From Ignavibacteria bacterium (GTDB lineage Bacteria; Bacteroidota; Ignavibacteria; Ch128b): a DNA stretch of 64,000 nt. Below are positions 1 through 10,557 of this stretch, in pieces; position 1 is the stretch's first letter; each line of letters starts with the position of its first letter. The stretch covers positions 73,444-137,443 of the forward strand of contig VGVX01000002.1 in NCBI GenBank assembly GCA_016873845.1, in the 5' to 3' direction. The notes under the pieces were generated by a model. It saw only the letters and a program-made list of their open reading frames with translations, did no database searches and was not told the DNA's origin. The translations under genes were made by a program, and so were the position numbers.

Positions 1-1693
1 ACAATCGTTCCATATAGTGAAGTTGATTTATCTTTTGCTACCGCATCAACACTCCAATATTTTCCCATGACTGGAAATGAGTTTCGATCAATTTGAGCGG
101 TTAGATCCTCGCTGATGGATTCCCAGCTATTGCCGCGATCTTCACTGCGGAAAACTTTGTTAGCGGCACAATACAATCTTGTTTTATTATGCGGACTAAT
201 GAAAAAAGGCGTATCCCAATTCCAGCGGTATGTGTTTTCACCCTTGCGTGGTTCGGGACGAATGCGAATTGTTTCCCCGCTTTGTTTATCATAACGAACC
301 ATTCCAGCGTACTGGGACTCGGCGTAGACAATATTCGGATCATCTGGATCGATTGCTGTCCAAAAACCATCCCCTCCATTTGTTGCGAACCAATCATTAT
401 TTACTATTCCAGTTGAATTCAAAGTTTGAGATGGTCCTCCCATGCTGTTGTTATCCTGAGTTCCACCATAAACAAAGTAAAAAGGAAAACTATTATCAAC
501 ATTTACCCTGTAAAATTGTGTTACTGGGAGATTAGCTTTAAAATTATAAGTTTCGCCGCAATCAAAAGTCTCATATACACCTCCATCGCCCCCAATAAGA
601 TAGTGATCCGTATTATTTGGATTAATCCACATTGCATGATCGTCTACGTGACGACCTCTATTACTGAGAGCTTTCCAGGACTTTCCTCCATCAACTGTAA
701 CATGCGAGATAGTTTCAACTGAATAAACCTTGTCAACATTTTTCGGATCGCAGAAAATTTCATTGTAGTATTGACCAGACTCGTGATGATCACTTCTTTT
801 TTCCCAAGATGCTCCTCGATTTGTGGAACGATAGAATCCGCTTTGATTATCAGCAGCTTCAAGAATTAAGTAAATAACATCAGGATTAACTGGTGAAATA
901 TCTATTCCCATTCCACCTATATCGACCTTCGGAAGTCCGTTCATTATTTTTTCCCAAGTTTCACCTTCGTCAACTGATTTATATACAGCTGATTCAGGTC
1001 CGCCTCCTATTTTAGTGAAAACGTGACGTCTTCTTTGTTCCGAGGTTGCGTACATGACATCCGGATTCCTTGGATCGTAGATCAAATTATTTACACCGGT
1101 GTTTTCGCTGACATTCAAGACTTTCTTCCAAGTTTTTCCTCCATCGATAGTTTTATACAATCCACGATCACCTCCTGGTCCCCAAACCGAACCTTCTGCA
1201 GCAACAAAAACAATGTTAGAATTTCTTGGATCGATAACAATTTTTCCAATTTGTCTGGAATCTTTAAGCCCCATATTCTTCCATGATTTTCCACCGTCAA
1301 TGCTTTTGTAGACTCCATCTCCATAACCTAATGCGCGTTGATGGTTATTCTCTCCTGTTCCAGCCCAGACAACATGTGCATTATTAGGATCGATAGCCAA
1401 ACATCCGATTGCATAAGCTCCATAGTTATCAAAAACAGGTTCATAAGTTGTTCCAGCATTTTGTGTTTTCCAGATATGCCCGCTTGCGACTGCAACATAA
1501 TATTCACTGAAATTATTTGGATTCACAGCGAAGTCAGCAATACGACCGGAGGTAATAGCTGGTCCGATGTTTCTCCACTTTAATCCTGCGAATGTTGAAG
1601 CGTCAATGGAATCTTTTTTTTCTACTTTCTTTTGTGCTAAAAGGCACAGTGGAAGAAGGAGAAATACAATCAAAGAAAATATTTTTAATTTCA
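1..1693 (-). CDS. BNR/Asp-box repeat protein (sialidase/HCF136-like beta-propeller), secreted. The C-terminus runs off the window start.
   Basis: My own translation of the minus strand from ATG at 1693-1691 gives MKLKIFSLIVFLLLPLCLLAQ (signal peptide). It then gives repeated Asp-box motifs S-x-D-x-G-x-T/S-W (SIDGGKSWK, TIDGGKTWKK, SVDEGETWEK, STNRGASWEK, TVDGGKSWKA, SEDRGNSWES). The frame stays open to position 1. The six-frame track omits it because it lacks a stop inside the window. Confidence 0.8.
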
Positions 1694-1869
1694 TGGCTAT
1701 TCCTTTAGATGATAAATATATTATTGGTGAGTTGATTAATAATTTTGCTTTGCGGATGAAATAAGCTCTCTCCATTTTAATCATATGCAGTTAGTCTTAC
1801 TTTATTTAATTGAAGAGAATTATTTTTAAAAATGCTATTCAAATGTTTTGAATGTCCTCAATACAGTTT

Positions 1870-3228
1870 TCAGGACAATTTTTCAATTTCGCTAAAAATT
1901 TCGTTTACGTAATGCTCATGTTCAGGTTTCATCAATGCTGATCTTAAAATAACAACCTCTTTTGAATTCTTTTTGATAGATGGGTTAAGTTTTACAAAAA
2001 AGTCAGAATCGATTCGGTACTTGCTAAGGTAAATTGGCTTTACTTTTCTCTCCATCAGTTTTTTGAAAATCTTGTTACATATTCTGCTTATATTAGCTGT
2101 GGATTTTTGCATAGGAAAAAAGTTAACAATATCCAATTCGGGTTGAACTATTAATCGCAGTTTAGAACTATTATTTACAAGCAGTTGGAATTTGATTGCT
2201 GCCTTGCGTGAGCTTGTAAGAAATTTATAAAGACCAGCTTTTGTTTTCAATGGGAATATTTTTAATGTTGCCCACAATGCCGCTGCCGAAGCACCAGCTC
2301 GTGAACATTCGATGCTCACTTCTCCTAAATGTAATTTTTTCGAAGTGAAGTAAGTATACGGTGAATCGTGTTTATAAAATTTACCGACGCTTGGATCTCT
2401 GAATAAAATGCATCCACAGCCATAGGGCTGCAATCCATGTTTATGCGGATCAATTACAATACTATCAGCTCGATTTAGAAATTTAAATGGTTTTGAATCA
2501 ATAAGTTTTGACCCTTCGTTTTGAAGGATTTTGAAGAAGCCTCCATATGCTGCGTCAACATGTATTCTGAAGTTATAATGTTTCTGTAGACTTAATATTT
2601 CATGAAGCGGATCCAAAGCCCCAAATCCTGTTGTTCCAAGTGTTACGATTACAGTTCCAATATGACCTCTTTTAATTATTTTTATAAGATGATCGATGTC
2701 CATTTGTCCACGATCATTCATTTTGATGATTTTGTATTTAAAATTTAATACTTGAGACAATCGCGTATGAGTGTAATGAGCATTTTCGCAGATAGCGAAA
2801 TAAGATTTGGGATTCAGCATTTTCGAAATCCATAATCCCTCCAAATTGGCAATCGTCCCGCTCGAAGTTAAATGACCAAGATATTTTTTATAACCTACCA
2901 TCTTTGCTATGGCGTCGACAGTTTCTTTTTCCAATTGACTGGTCGATGGTCCTCCATCGAGTGCGTGATTATTTGGATTCAACATCATTGCTGAGAAATA
3001 AGCAAGTGATGCAACTTCGATAGGCGGCTTTAACATTTGACCAGCATAGAATGGATGAAAAAATGGATAAGTGCCTGTTAGTTTTTTATTTAGAAGATTT
3101 AATACGTTTTCAGATTTAGAAAAGTGCTCAAGGTAATCAGGTGAGATAAAAATTGACCAATTGGACTCGTACTGAAAATAATTATCAACGATAGAGTTCA
3201 ATCTTTTTTTCAACTGACTATTTTTCAT
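1870..3228 (-). CDS. PLP-dependent group II amino-acid decarboxylase (aromatic-L-amino-acid / glutamate / DABA decarboxylase family)
   Basis: 452-aa ORF. It has the fold-type I PLP-lysine context DPHKHG. Global similarity is to the GadB/TyrDC family (HVDAAYGG, SGTIANLEGL). Confidence 0.75.
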   Translation of the reverse strand: MKNSQLKKRLNSIVDNYFQYESNWSIFISPDYLEHFSKSENVLNLLNKKLTGTYPFFHPFYAGQMLKPPIEVASLAYFSAMMLNPNNHALDGGPSTSQLEKETVDAIAKMVGYKKYLGHLTSSGTIANLEGLWISKMLNPKSYFAICENAHYTHTRLSQVLNFKYKIIKMNDRGQMDIDHLIKIIKRGHIGTVIVTLGTTGFGALDPLHEILSLQKHYNFRIHVDAAYGGFFKILQNEGSKLIDSKPFKFLNRADSIVIDPHKHGLQPYGCGCILFRDPSVGKFYKHDSPYTYFTSKKLHLGEVSIECSRAGASAAALWATLKIFPLKTKAGLYKFLTSSRKAAIKFQLLVNNSSKLRLIVQPELDIVNFFPMQKSTANISRICNKIFKKLMERKVKPIYLSKYRIDSDFFVKLNPSIKKNSKEVVILRSALMKPEHEHYVNEIFSEIEKLS

Positions 3229-3443
3229 TTATAGACTTTATTCAATAAAGTGTTTAAATATAAGATGTGAAAGATGGAATAGAAAATTTTTTCTAGAATA
3301 TTTAAAATAATTTTTAAAATAATTGTTGCCATTTATATATCGAGAGTTTATATTGCTACCGTTACCCCAATTAATAAGAGAGGGGGAGGAAGTACCCACC
3401 TTTATTTGCCCCATAATAGCCCTAACCCACTTCAATTTTCCTC

Positions 3444-3471
3444 CTCCTCACTAAAAAGAGGAGTTTTTTTT
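3444..3471 (+). terminator. Intrinsic terminator-like hairpin (CTCCTC-N8-GAGGAG followed by T8) in the decarboxylase/tRNA intergenic region
   Basis: A 6-bp GC-rich stem at 3444-3449 and 3458-3463, then tttttttt at 3464-3471. The minus-strand complement reads GGAGGAGG, a strong SD-like motif just before a TTG-initiated 65-aa ORF (see findings). Confidence 0.4.
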
Positions 3472-3535
3472 GTGCGAGCGGTTTTTCTATTTCGAAAAAA
3501 AATATTAAGTTTGTACCGCAAATTTTGAAAGTACT

Positions 3536-3611
3536 GGGCAGATAGCTCAGATGGTAGAGCAATGGACTGAAAATCCATGTGTCGGCGGTTCGATTCCGTC
3601 TCTGCCCACCA
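3536..3611 (+). tRNA. tRNA-Phe (anticodon GAA)
   Basis: Cloverleaf read by hand: acceptor GGGCAGA/TCTGCCC, D-arm GCTCAGATGGTAGAGC, anticodon stem ATGGA/TCCAT with loop CTGAAAA. The T-arm is GGCGGTTCGATTCCGTC and CCA is encoded. Confidence 0.9.
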
Positions 3612-3614
3612 GTC

Positions 3615-3638
3615 GCCCGATTTTATCGGGCTTTTTTG
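3615..3638 (+). terminator. Rho-independent terminator downstream of tRNA-Phe
   Basis: GCCCGAT-TTT-ATCGGGC 7-bp stem followed by TTTTTT. Confidence 0.65.
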
Positions 3639-3656
3639 TAATAAAATCAGACGGCT

Positions 3657-4403
3657 ATGAAAAATATTCTTATCACAGGCGCAACAAGCGGAATTGGTTT
3701 TGCAGCGCTGAAAAAGTTTGACTCTAATAATTCTTTTGTGCTCGCAGTTGGACGAAATCAAGAGAAGCTTAATGAAATTAAAAATCAATTCAATGATCGT
3801 GTGGAGATTTTAAATTTTGATCTAGCCGATTCTTCAGCGCGGAAAAAGTTATTCGTTGAGCTTAATAGAAAAAAAATTGAGCTGGACGTAGTTGTAAACG
3901 CTGCGGGCATCTTAAGAAGTGGTTCAATTGAGGATACTTCTCTAGATTCATGGAATGAAATGATGGAAATCAACTTAAACTCAGTTTTTCATATTATGAA
4001 TTTATCCATTCCATTTCTTGAAAAGCGAAAGGGAAATATTGTTAACGTATCGAGTGTAACTGGTTTAAGAAGTTTTCCAAATGTTTTGGCATATTGTGTG
4101 AGCAAAGCAGCTTTGGATCAATTAACAAGGTGTGCGGCTCTCGAGCTTGCTCCTAAAGGAATTCGCGTCAACGCTGTTAATCCGGGCGTAGTTGTCACAA
4201 ATATTCACAAAGCATCTGGGATGGACGAAAGTGCTTATCAAGCATTTTTAGAAAGAAGCAAAGCAACTCATCCAATCGGACGTGTTGGTATTTCAGATGA
4301 GATTGCAGATTTGATTTTTTACTTATCTTCATCGGAAGCTTCCTGGATCACTGGGAACACAGTTTCAATTGATGGTGGTAGAAATTTAACTTGTGCACGA
4401 TGA
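3657..4403 (+). CDS. SDR-family oxidoreductase (3-oxoacyl-ACP reductase-like)
   Basis: [10 protein letters not shown] Rossmann motif, catalytic YCVSKAA (YxxxK), NAG motif. 248 aa. Confidence 0.85.
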   Translation: MKNILITGATSGIGFAALKKFDSNNSFVLAVGRNQEKLNEIKNQFNDRVEILNFDLADSSARKKLFVELNRKKIELDVVVNAAGILRSGSIEDTSLDSWNEMMEINLNSVFHIMNLSIPFLEKRKGNIVNVSSVTGLRSFPNVLAYCVSKAALDQLTRCAALELAPKGIRVNAVNPGVVVTNIHKASGMDESAYQAFLERSKATHPIGRVGISDEIADLIFYLSSSEASWITGNTVSIDGGRNLTCAR

Positions 4404-5284
4404 AGATGAAAGTTATCACCGAGACAAATTTTGAAAATCTTAAAGTAGTCCATCGTGGGAAGGTGAGAGATATATATGATCTTGGAGAAACTTTATTGTT
4501 TGTAGCAACTGACCGTATTTCTGCATTCGATGTCGTCTTTAATGAGGGAATTCCTTATAAAGGATATGTTCTCACGCAATTGTCACTTTTCTGGTTTGAT
4601 GTACTTTCTGACATTTGTAAAAATCACCTTATTACATCAAATGTTGCTGAGTATCCAAAAATCTGTCACCAATATGAAAGTGAATTAGAAGGGAGATCAC
4701 TTCTCGTTAAGAAGGTAAATATTGTCCCTATCGAATGTATTGTACGAGGTTATTTGTCTGGTTCGGGTTGGAACGAGTATTGCGAGAATCAATCAATTTG
4801 CGAAATTGAATTACCACATGGCTTAATTGAATCGCAAGAACTTCCGAATCCGATTTTTACCCCTTCAACTAAAGCGGAGATCGGTAAACACGATTTAAAT
4901 ATTCCGTTCTTAAAAGTAGTAGAAATTCTTGGAGTTAATGTTGCTGAAGAGTTGCGAGAAAAGACAATCAAAATTTACAACCATGCCGCTGCCATTGCTT
5001 CACAAAAGGGAATCATTATTGCTGATACTAAACTTGAATTCGGTATTCTCGATGGGAAAATAATTTTAGCGGACGAAGTGCTGACTCCAGATTCTTCACG
5101 ATTTTGGCTAAAGGATAAATATATCGCTGGTAAAAGTCAGGACAGTCTGGATAAACAATTCCTAAGGGATTATTTATTAAGTATAAATTTCAATAAACAG
5201 CCACCGGCACCAGCGCTGCCCAAAGAGATAATCCAGACTACAAGTCAAAAGTATATAGAGATTTTAAATCTTCTAACTGCATAA
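4400..5284 (+). CDS. purC: Phosphoribosylaminoimidazole-succinocarboxamide synthase (SAICAR synthetase)
   Basis: GKVRDIY and ATDRISAFD motifs. The likely start is ATG 4400, overlapping the SDR stop as ATGA. The track ORF begins at TTG 4391. Confidence 0.9.
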   Translation: MKMKVITETNFENLKVVHRGKVRDIYDLGETLLFVATDRISAFDVVFNEGIPYKGYVLTQLSLFWFDVLSDICKNHLITSNVAEYPKICHQYESELEGRSLLVKKVNIVPIECIVRGYLSGSGWNEYCENQSICEIELPHGLIESQELPNPIFTPSTKAEIGKHDLNIPFLKVVEILGVNVAEELREKTIKIYNHAAAIASQKGIIIADTKLEFGILDGKIILADEVLTPDSSRFWLKDKYIAGKSQDSLDKQFLRDYLLSINFNKQPPAPALPKEIIQTTSQKYIEILNLLTA

Positions 5285-5369
5285 TTTTGTAAATTCCATA
5301 AATTACTTTCTCATTTTAGTTTCAAGTTATTGCATAAAATAATAATTTGATTTAGATTGATTTCAACCT

Positions 5370-5960
5370 ATGACAATTCCAAATCAGCTTACAATTTTGC
5401 GAATAATTTTGGCACCGATTTTTGCATGGTTTTTTCTTTCGTCGAATTTATTGTTCCATCAGATCTCGCTATTAGTCTTTATTATTGCAGCGCTGACGGA
5501 CTGGTACGATGGCTGGCTCGCAAGAAAATTCAATTACATGTCGAATCTTGGAAAATTTTTAGATCCTCTTGCTGATAAAATATTAACTTCTGTAGGATTC
5601 ATTGTGTTCATTTTTGTCGGTGTTTTAGAGTTGTGGATGGTGGTTGTAATCGTTGTACGAGATTTAATGATTACAATTTTAAGAATATTTGCTCAATATA
5701 AAAATCAATCGTTCAGCACTTCGTTTTTGGCTAAAGTAAAAACTTTTACTCAAATGGTTTTTCTATATTACATTTTAGTACTTTATATAGGAAAAAGTGT
5801 AAACTTTCTTAAATTCATTCCAAGATGGGTTTTTGAAATTCTTCTTAATCAGCAGCTTATTTATTATACGATGCTGGCAGTTACACTTTTAACATTTTAT
5901 ACTGGTATTAGTTACTTGTACAGTAATCGATATAACATTGAAAAAATTTTAAGAAATTAG
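5370..5960 (+). CDS. pgsA: CDP-diacylglycerol--glycerol-3-phosphate 3-phosphatidyltransferase
   Basis: CDP-alcohol phosphatidyltransferase motif DWYDGWLARK...LGKFLDPLADK. Multi-TM protein. Confidence 0.85.
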   Translation: MTIPNQLTILRIILAPIFAWFFLSSNLLFHQISLLVFIIAALTDWYDGWLARKFNYMSNLGKFLDPLADKILTSVGFIVFIFVGVLELWMVVVIVVRDLMITILRIFAQYKNQSFSTSFLAKVKTFTQMVFLYYILVLYIGKSVNFLKFIPRWVFEILLNQQLIYYTMLAVTLLTFYTGISYLYSNRYNIEKILRN

Positions 5961-5963
5961 ATT

Positions 5964-6449
5964 ATGAAATCACCCAAATACTTATCCGAAAAAATCGCCC
6001 TCTCATTATCAACCTTTTTCTCGGTTGGATATTTTCCATTTGCGTCTGGCACAGTTGCTTCATTCTTTGCATTAATTATTTACTGGATTATTCCGGGTTT
6101 TGAAAAAATTGGAATATTAACCGTTTTAATAGTCATATTCTCTATTCTTGGTATATGGTCCGGCACGATAGGCGAGAAAAAATTCGGATACGATCCCCCA
6201 CAAGTGGTTATCGATGAAGTAGTTGGAATGTGGATTTCACTGCTGTTCATTCCCAAAACTATAATACTCTCTGCTTTGAGTTTTTTCCTATTTAGAATGT
6301 TTGATATAGTTAAACCGTATCCTGCAAACGTTAGCCAAAGTTTGAAAGGTGGTTATGGTATCATGATGGATGATATCATTGCCGGGATTTATACCATTTT
6401 AACAATTCAACTGATAATATATTTTTTTCCTGATATAATAATTTTATGA
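5964..6449 (+). CDS. pgpA: Phosphatidylglycerophosphatase A
   Basis: PgpA-like membrane protein (GTVASFFAL, VVIDEVVGMW). Adjacent to pgsA. Confidence 0.75.
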   Translation: MKSPKYLSEKIALSLSTFFSVGYFPFASGTVASFFALIIYWIIPGFEKIGILTVLIVIFSILGIWSGTIGEKKFGYDPPQVVIDEVVGMWISLLFIPKTIILSALSFFLFRMFDIVKPYPANVSQSLKGGYGIMMDDIIAGIYTILTIQLIIYFFPDIIIL

Positions 6450-7705
6450 ATCGTATTGGAATCATTTCTATTGGTGATGAAATTTTAATTGGTCAAACTC
6501 TGAATACTAATGCTGCTTACATTGGTGAGAAATTGACATCTCTTGGATTTGAAGTTGTAACAAGCTCAGTTGTTGGAGATAAAAAATCAGCAATATTCAA
6601 CACACTCGATACTGTTCATGCCGATTCAGATTTTATTTTCATCACTGGTGGCTTAGGTCCTACTCACGATGATATTACTCGTGATTCAATAACAGAGTAT
6701 TTTAATACTGAATTAATATTTAATGAATCTGTGCTAAGAAGAATTGAAGAGCGTTTTCAAAAACGTGAGAGAGAAATGCCAACAGTGAACCGGCAGCAAG
6801 CCTATGTTCCGAGGATTGCTAATGTGATTGAAAATCTTGTAGGAACTGCTCCTGGCTTTGATATTTCCCACGAAGGTAAAGTCTATTTTGTAATGCCTGG
6901 TGTCCCTTCCGAAATGAAAAGTATGATGGAAAATTATATCCTTCCAATAATGCGAAAGCTTGCCAACGAGAAAAAGTTATTTTATCGGCAAAAATTGATT
7001 CACACTACAGGCATTCCAGAATCTAGTTTATTTGAATTGCTCGGAGATATAAAAAGTTGGTTAGGAAATTGTAAACTTGCGTTTCTCCCAAGTCAATACG
7101 GTGTTAAGATGAGAATCTCTTGTTCAGGAACATCAGCATCTGAAATTGAATCAGAAATCAAAAAAGCGGAAAAGAAAATTACTGATTTGGCTGGTGGATT
7201 CATTTATTCTTGTGATGACCTCTTGATAGAGGAAGTAATTGGAAAAATTCTTGCAGAGAGAAATTTAACAATTGCAGTTGCTGAATCCTGCACTGGAGGA
7301 ATTATTGCTGACCGTCTCACAAACATTTCAGGAAGCAGTAAGTATTTTATGCAAGGAGTGATTTCGTATTCTAATGACGCAAAGATCCAAACTTTAGGCG
7401 TTAGTGTTGACAGCATTATTAAATACGGATCTGTTAGTGAACAAGTCTCAATTGAGATGGCTCGTGGTGTGAAAAATATCTCTTCGACAAATATTGGACT
7501 CTCTGTAACCGGAATCATGGGACCTTCAGGTGGAACGAAGACAAAACCGGTAGGTTTGGTTTATATTGGATATGTTGATGACGAAAAGGTAAAGGTTGTC
7601 AGACACAGATTTGCTGAGAACAGAATCAGAAATAAAGAAAGAACCTCTCAAGCGGCTCTCGAACTTGTAAGAAGAATGCTACTTGGAATTGAAGATGAAG
7701 CATAG
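6446..7705 (+). CDS. cinA: CinA-family competence/damage-inducible protein (MoCF-binding domain + nicotinamide-nucleotide amidohydrolase PncC domain)
   Basis: N-terminal IGIISIGDEILIGQTLNTNA and C-terminal CinA domain (VAESCTGG). 419 aa. ATGA overlap with pgpA. Confidence 0.85.
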   Translation: MNRIGIISIGDEILIGQTLNTNAAYIGEKLTSLGFEVVTSSVVGDKKSAIFNTLDTVHADSDFIFITGGLGPTHDDITRDSITEYFNTELIFNESVLRRIEERFQKREREMPTVNRQQAYVPRIANVIENLVGTAPGFDISHEGKVYFVMPGVPSEMKSMMENYILPIMRKLANEKKLFYRQKLIHTTGIPESSLFELLGDIKSWLGNCKLAFLPSQYGVKMRISCSGTSASEIESEIKKAEKKITDLAGGFIYSCDDLLIEEVIGKILAERNLTIAVAESCTGGIIADRLTNISGSSKYFMQGVISYSNDAKIQTLGVSVDSIIKYGSVSEQVSIEMARGVKNISSTNIGLSVTGIMGPSGGTKTKPVGLVYIGYVDDEKVKVVRHRFAENRIRNKERTSQAALELVRRMLLGIEDEA

Positions 7706-7706
7706 A

Positions 7707-8255
7707 ATGTTTTTTGCTGTAAATTTATCTGAAAGATGCAGGTCTCGAATCTTCTCTCTCATGAATGAATTTAAAAACTATTCTGAACCAATAAAGTGGG
7801 AATCGTTTGAGAAACTTCACATCACAACATTATTTCTTGGGGATATTGATACGTCTGTAATTCCAATTTTAGTTCAAAGTGTAAAAATGAAACTTGAAGT
7901 TATTGGTAATACAGAAATTTATTTTCAAAGTTTGGGTGCTTTCCCGAATTTTAAAAATCCGAAAGTAATTTGGATCGGCATTAAAGAAAATCTAGCAATC
8001 GAGAGAATTGGTCTAGAGTTGGCAAGCTGCGCCAGTCAAATTGGCATCGAAGTTGAGGAGCGAAATTTTCATCCCCATGTTACAATCGGACGGGTAAAAG
8101 GTAGGATATCACCAGCATTTATTGATAAATTAAGAGATTATAGTTTCGAATCTTTCATCGAAAGGATTAATTCTGTAGAATTAATGAAAAGTGAATTGGA
8201 TAGATTCGGCTCAAAATATTATATTCATAAAAAATTTAATCTTAGGGAGAATTAA
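7707..8255 (+). CDS. thpR: RNA 2',3'-cyclic phosphodiesterase (2H phosphoesterase, ThpR/LigT)
   Basis: Two H-x-T/S-x motifs (HITTLF and HPHVTIGR). ATG at 7707 immediately follows the cinA stop. The track ORF starts earlier, at 7683. Confidence 0.75.
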   Translation: MFFAVNLSERCRSRIFSLMNEFKNYSEPIKWESFEKLHITTLFLGDIDTSVIPILVQSVKMKLEVIGNTEIYFQSLGAFPNFKNPKVIWIGIKENLAIERIGLELASCASQIGIEVEERNFHPHVTIGRVKGRISPAFIDKLRDYSFESFIERINSVELMKSELDRFGSKYYIHKKFNLREN

Positions 8256-9311
8256 ATGGCAGACGAGAGAGATGAAAAATTAAGATCGCTTAAAGATACA
8301 ATTGCATTAATCGAAAAAAATTATGGCAAAGGTGCAATAATGCGGCTAGGTGATTTCGCATTACCAGCTATTGATGTTATTTCAACTGGCTCAATTTCAC
8401 TTGACTTTGCATTGGGAGTTGGTGGTGTCCCACGCGGAAGAATAGTAGAAATATACGGACCGGAATCTTCAGGCAAAACTACTACCTGTTTACATGTAAT
8501 TGCAGAAGCGCAAAAAAATAATGGTTTAGCTGCGATTATTGATGCTGAGCATGCCTTCGATATTAACTATGCCAAAAAATTAGGTGTAGATACAAATAAT
8601 TTAATTTTATCGCAGCCGGATTTCGGTGAACAGGCTTTGGAGATAGTAGATTCACTTATTCGAAGCAATGCAATGGATGTAATTGTAATCGATTCTGTTG
8701 CAGCACTTGTGCCGCGTTCTGAAATTGAAGGGGATATGGGAGATGCTCACATGGCGATGCAAGCAAGATTGATGTCGCAAGCATTACGAAAAATTACTGG
8801 AGCAATTTCAAAATCAAATACATGCGTGATTTTTACGAATCAATTGAGAAGCAAAATTGGAATTGTTTTCGGTAATCCAGAAACAACTACCGGAGGAAAC
8901 GCTTTAAAGTTCTATGCTTCAGTTAGAATGGATATTAGAAGAATAGGTGTGATTAAAGAAGGAACTGATGTAATCGGCAATAGAGTTAAAGTTAAAGTTG
9001 TGAAGAGTAAAGTTGCTCCCCCATTCAAGGAAGTTGAGTTCGATATACTTTTCAATGAGGGAATCTCAAAAGCAGGAGAATTGATTGATCTTGCAACAGA
9101 GCATGAAATTGTGCAAAAAAGTGGTTCTTGGTTTACATTCGAAGGAGATAGATTTCAAGGTCGCGAACAATTTAAATCAAAATTGTTGGAGGATCCAAAA
9201 CTTCTGGATTTATTAGATAGAAAAGTTCGTGAGGACCTTGGTCTCTTGAAAAAGGAAGAAGTTAAAGAAGAAGAACCAAGTAAAAAGTCCAAGTCTGAAA
9301 AGAATAAATGA
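8256..9311 (+). CDS. recA: Recombinase RecA
   Basis: Canonical RecA sequence (GPESSGKTT Walker A, L2 loop region). 351 aa. Confidence 0.97.
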   Translation: MADERDEKLRSLKDTIALIEKNYGKGAIMRLGDFALPAIDVISTGSISLDFALGVGGVPRGRIVEIYGPESSGKTTTCLHVIAEAQKNNGLAAIIDAEHAFDINYAKKLGVDTNNLILSQPDFGEQALEIVDSLIRSNAMDVIVIDSVAALVPRSEIEGDMGDAHMAMQARLMSQALRKITGAISKSNTCVIFTNQLRSKIGIVFGNPETTTGGNALKFYASVRMDIRRIGVIKEGTDVIGNRVKVKVVKSKVAPPFKEVEFDILFNEGISKAGELIDLATEHEIVQKSGSWFTFEGDRFQGREQFKSKLLEDPKLLDLLDRKVREDLGLLKKEEVKEEEPSKKSKSEKNK

Positions 9312-9919
9312 TTGAAGTTATTAAGATTGAGCGAAAAGGAAATCGTATAAAGATTTTCTTTTCCCAATCTGATCCTATACTTCTTTCAATTGATACCTAC
9401 AATAAATTTCAATTATCGCTCAATCAAAAACTTTCTGAAAATTATCTTGAAGACATAATTGCATATGAAGAGTTAAATCAGGCTAAGCAATCCGCACTTA
9501 GATTTTTAGCGATTCGTAATCATTCGATCTTTGAACTCAGGAGAAAACTTAGCCAAAAGAAATTCGCTCCCGAGACTGTCAATAAAACATTGGAGAGTCT
9601 AATACACTCTCAATTAATTGATGATGAAAAATTTGCCAAAGAGTTTGCAGATGAATTGACTAAAAGAAAATATTTTGGGCCTAGCAGGATCAAAACCGAA
9701 CTTCGAAAACGGGGAATAAGTGATTCTCAAGTAAAATCTCTTTTGACAGACATTTCTGATGAAACTGAAATGAAAAATTTAGAAACTACAGCAGAAAAAT
9801 ATTTAAAACGATTTTCAACAAAACTCACTCCTTCAGATAAGCAGAAAGTAATAAACTATCTTTTTCAAAAAGGCTTCAGCTGGGAAAAAATTAAAATTTT
9901 TATTGATAAAATAGATTAA
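9308..9919 (+). CDS. recX: RecA regulator RecX
   Basis: 203-aa helical repeat protein immediately after recA with a 4-nt overlap. RecX-like pattern. Confidence 0.8.
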   Translation: MIEVIKIERKGNRIKIFFSQSDPILLSIDTYNKFQLSLNQKLSENYLEDIIAYEELNQAKQSALRFLAIRNHSIFELRRKLSQKKFAPETVNKTLESLIHSQLIDDEKFAKEFADELTKRKYFGPSRIKTELRKRGISDSQVKSLLTDISDETEMKNLETTAEKYLKRFSTKLTPSDKQKVINYLFQKGFSWEKIKIFIDKID

Positions 9920-10004
9920 TCCTAAAAAACTTAATCCAATTTATTTGTAACATTTTCAATTTGATTCCGAATAAGTGTGCAACAAATAAAAAGGAGTCAG
10001 GAAA

Positions 10005-10367
10005 ATGAAAACAATTATTTCCCTTATTGCTGTTTTAGGAATTTTTTCGGTGAATTCTGTTTCTGCTGCGGATCTATCAAAACTCGTTGAGACTAATCTT
10101 AAGAATTCTTTGCAAACTGAAAACTCAATGATAAAGTCCGATGCAATTAATCTTGCTGGTGATTTGAAAATGGATGAAGTTGTCATTCAACTTATGAAAA
10201 TCCTTAAATCAGACAAAAACAAGGAATTGAGAATCTTAGCTGCCATCGCTCTCCACAAAATTCAGGATGACAGGGGTTTATTTGCGATCAAACAGGCAAT
10301 TCATTTCGATGATGAACGCTGCGTTAGAAGAGCTTGTGCATATTTATCAGTAACAGATGTAACATAA
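10005..10367 (+). CDS. Secreted HEAT/PBS-lyase-like repeat protein (hypothetical)
   Basis: Signal peptide MKTIISLIAVLGIFSVNSVSA. HEAT-like repeats (ELRILAAIALHKI). AAGGAG RBS 8 nt upstream. Confidence 0.5.
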   Translation: MKTIISLIAVLGIFSVNSVSAADLSKLVETNLKNSLQTENSMIKSDAINLAGDLKMDEVVIQLMKILKSDKNKELRILAAIALHKIQDDRGLFAIKQAIHFDDERCVRRACAYLSVTDVT

Positions 10368-10388
10368 CTCATTACGTTCTCTCCTTCA

Positions 10389-10416
10389 TGAGACCGGATA
10401 CGAGCAGCCGGTCTCA
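10389..10416 (+). terminator. Terminator-like hairpin after the HEAT-repeat gene
   Basis: TGAGACCGG-N10-CCGGTCTCA 9-bp stem followed by a weak ATTATTATCT tract. Confidence 0.4.
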
Positions 10417-10557
10417 ATTATTATCTACTGAACATCTCTCCTATTTTTCAAATTATTCATATATTAAATAGACAAAATATTTGGCCAATTATTTAGTGCC
10501 AAAATTCAGCGTTTATTTTGTTGAAAGCCACATAATTATTAGCGAAGATAGATTGAC

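Noticed and set aside
101-1764. Ten short ORFs (60-101 aa) on both strands in the first 1.7 kb
   Set aside because: They lie in wrong frames or on the wrong strand of a single long minus-strand BNR/Asp-box gene (1693..1) that translates cleanly with a signal peptide and six Asp-box repeats. The track shows only fragments because the real ORF lacks a stop inside the window.
3432-3788. 118-aa minus-strand ORF
   Set aside because: It overlaps tRNA-Phe, its terminator and the start of the SDR gene, and has no supporting features. It is an artefact of AT-rich sequence.
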